Assembly (NCBI GenBank): GCA_965208275.1
Contig: OZ242331.1
Coordinates: forward strand, 2,093,225-2,117,224
Source of the DNA: Caldilineaceae bacterium
Lineage (GTDB): Bacteria > Chloroflexota > Anaerolineae > Caldilineales > Caldilineaceae
Direction of reading: 5' to 3'
Length of the DNA: 24,000 bases
Below, piece by piece: positions 23,861 through 24,000 of the stretch. How positions within the stretch are numbered: position 1 is the stretch's first letter; every line of letters starts with the position of its first letter. The notes under the pieces are model-generated. The model saw only the letters and a list, made by a program, of their open reading frames with translations. It was not told the origin of the DNA and did not search any database. The translations under genes were made by a program, and so were the position numbers.

Positions 23861-24000
23861 TGCTCTTTTTGCTTCTGCAGGGGAAGGGAAGCCCAGCGCC
23901 GAGACCCCCCCTCTGGAATTCTGACTCTTACGCAAAGCAGCCGCAAGAGTGCGACCAGCGGGCGGCCCGAAGGACCTCATTCGACCGTTGGCCGAGCAGG

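Noticed and set aside
23729-23980. Small ORFs (63-83 aa) upstream of the first permease, or a partial binding-protein 3' end at the window edge
   Set aside because: They are Gly/Pro/Ala/Arg-rich with no RBS, and they overlap each other in several frames. The frame ending at 23977 (...PARPTVE*) is too short to evaluate.
1-24000. Defence systems, CRISPR arrays, prophage, integrase or transposase genes, toxin-antitoxin pairs, rRNA/tRNA
   Set aside because: I scanned both strands. There are no spaced direct-repeat arrays, no recombinase/transposase-like ORFs and no nuclease/ATPase defence-type architectures. The only mobile-element-like feature is the 62-bp palindromic element at 7623..7684.

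Overview
High-GC (about 60-65% by eye) bacterial segment, almost fully coding. About 20 of 23 genes lie on the minus strand in long, tightly packed operons with ATGA/TTGA overlaps and 4-50 nt spacers. I found no rRNA, tRNA, CRISPR array, transposase, integrase or regulator gene. The content reads as a cytoplasmic glycan or sugar-acid processing island, and none of the enzymes has a signal peptide. It holds two Dpp/Opp-type ABC permeases, three Gfo/Idh/MocA oxidoreductases plus an orphan ORF resembling their C-terminal domain, and an Ldh_2-family dehydrogenase. It also holds a BNR/Asp-box sialidase-fold protein with an inserted lectin-like domain, an HpcH/HpaI class II aldolase and a six-bladed Kelch propeller. 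The rest are two PhyH-type Fe(II)/2-oxoglutarate dioxygenases, two paralogous beta-propeller glycosidase-like proteins, a six-hairpin plus beta-sandwich protein and a PIG-L/LmbE deacetylase. The plus strand carries a maleate-isomerase-like plus DUF3830-like pair and an orphan Cys-rich membrane-anchored protein. The main finding is that track ORFs 9121..9414 and 7771..9021 are a single reading frame interrupted only by TGA at 9121-9123. That TGA sits in a G-H-U-S-T-C (UxxC) redox context, with a GGUC-loop hairpin 12-37 nt downstream and a strong RBS only at 9414. I read this as a 547-residue selenocysteine protein: a UGSC-like module fused to a domain of unknown function. Secondary observations are a 62-bp palindromic element flanked by 9-bp direct repeats, a 41-nt perfect identity tract shared by the two propeller paralogs, and a decayed tandem duplicate of a small membrane-protein gene in a lower-GC spacer. 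All functional calls come from motif recognition by eye, with no database search.
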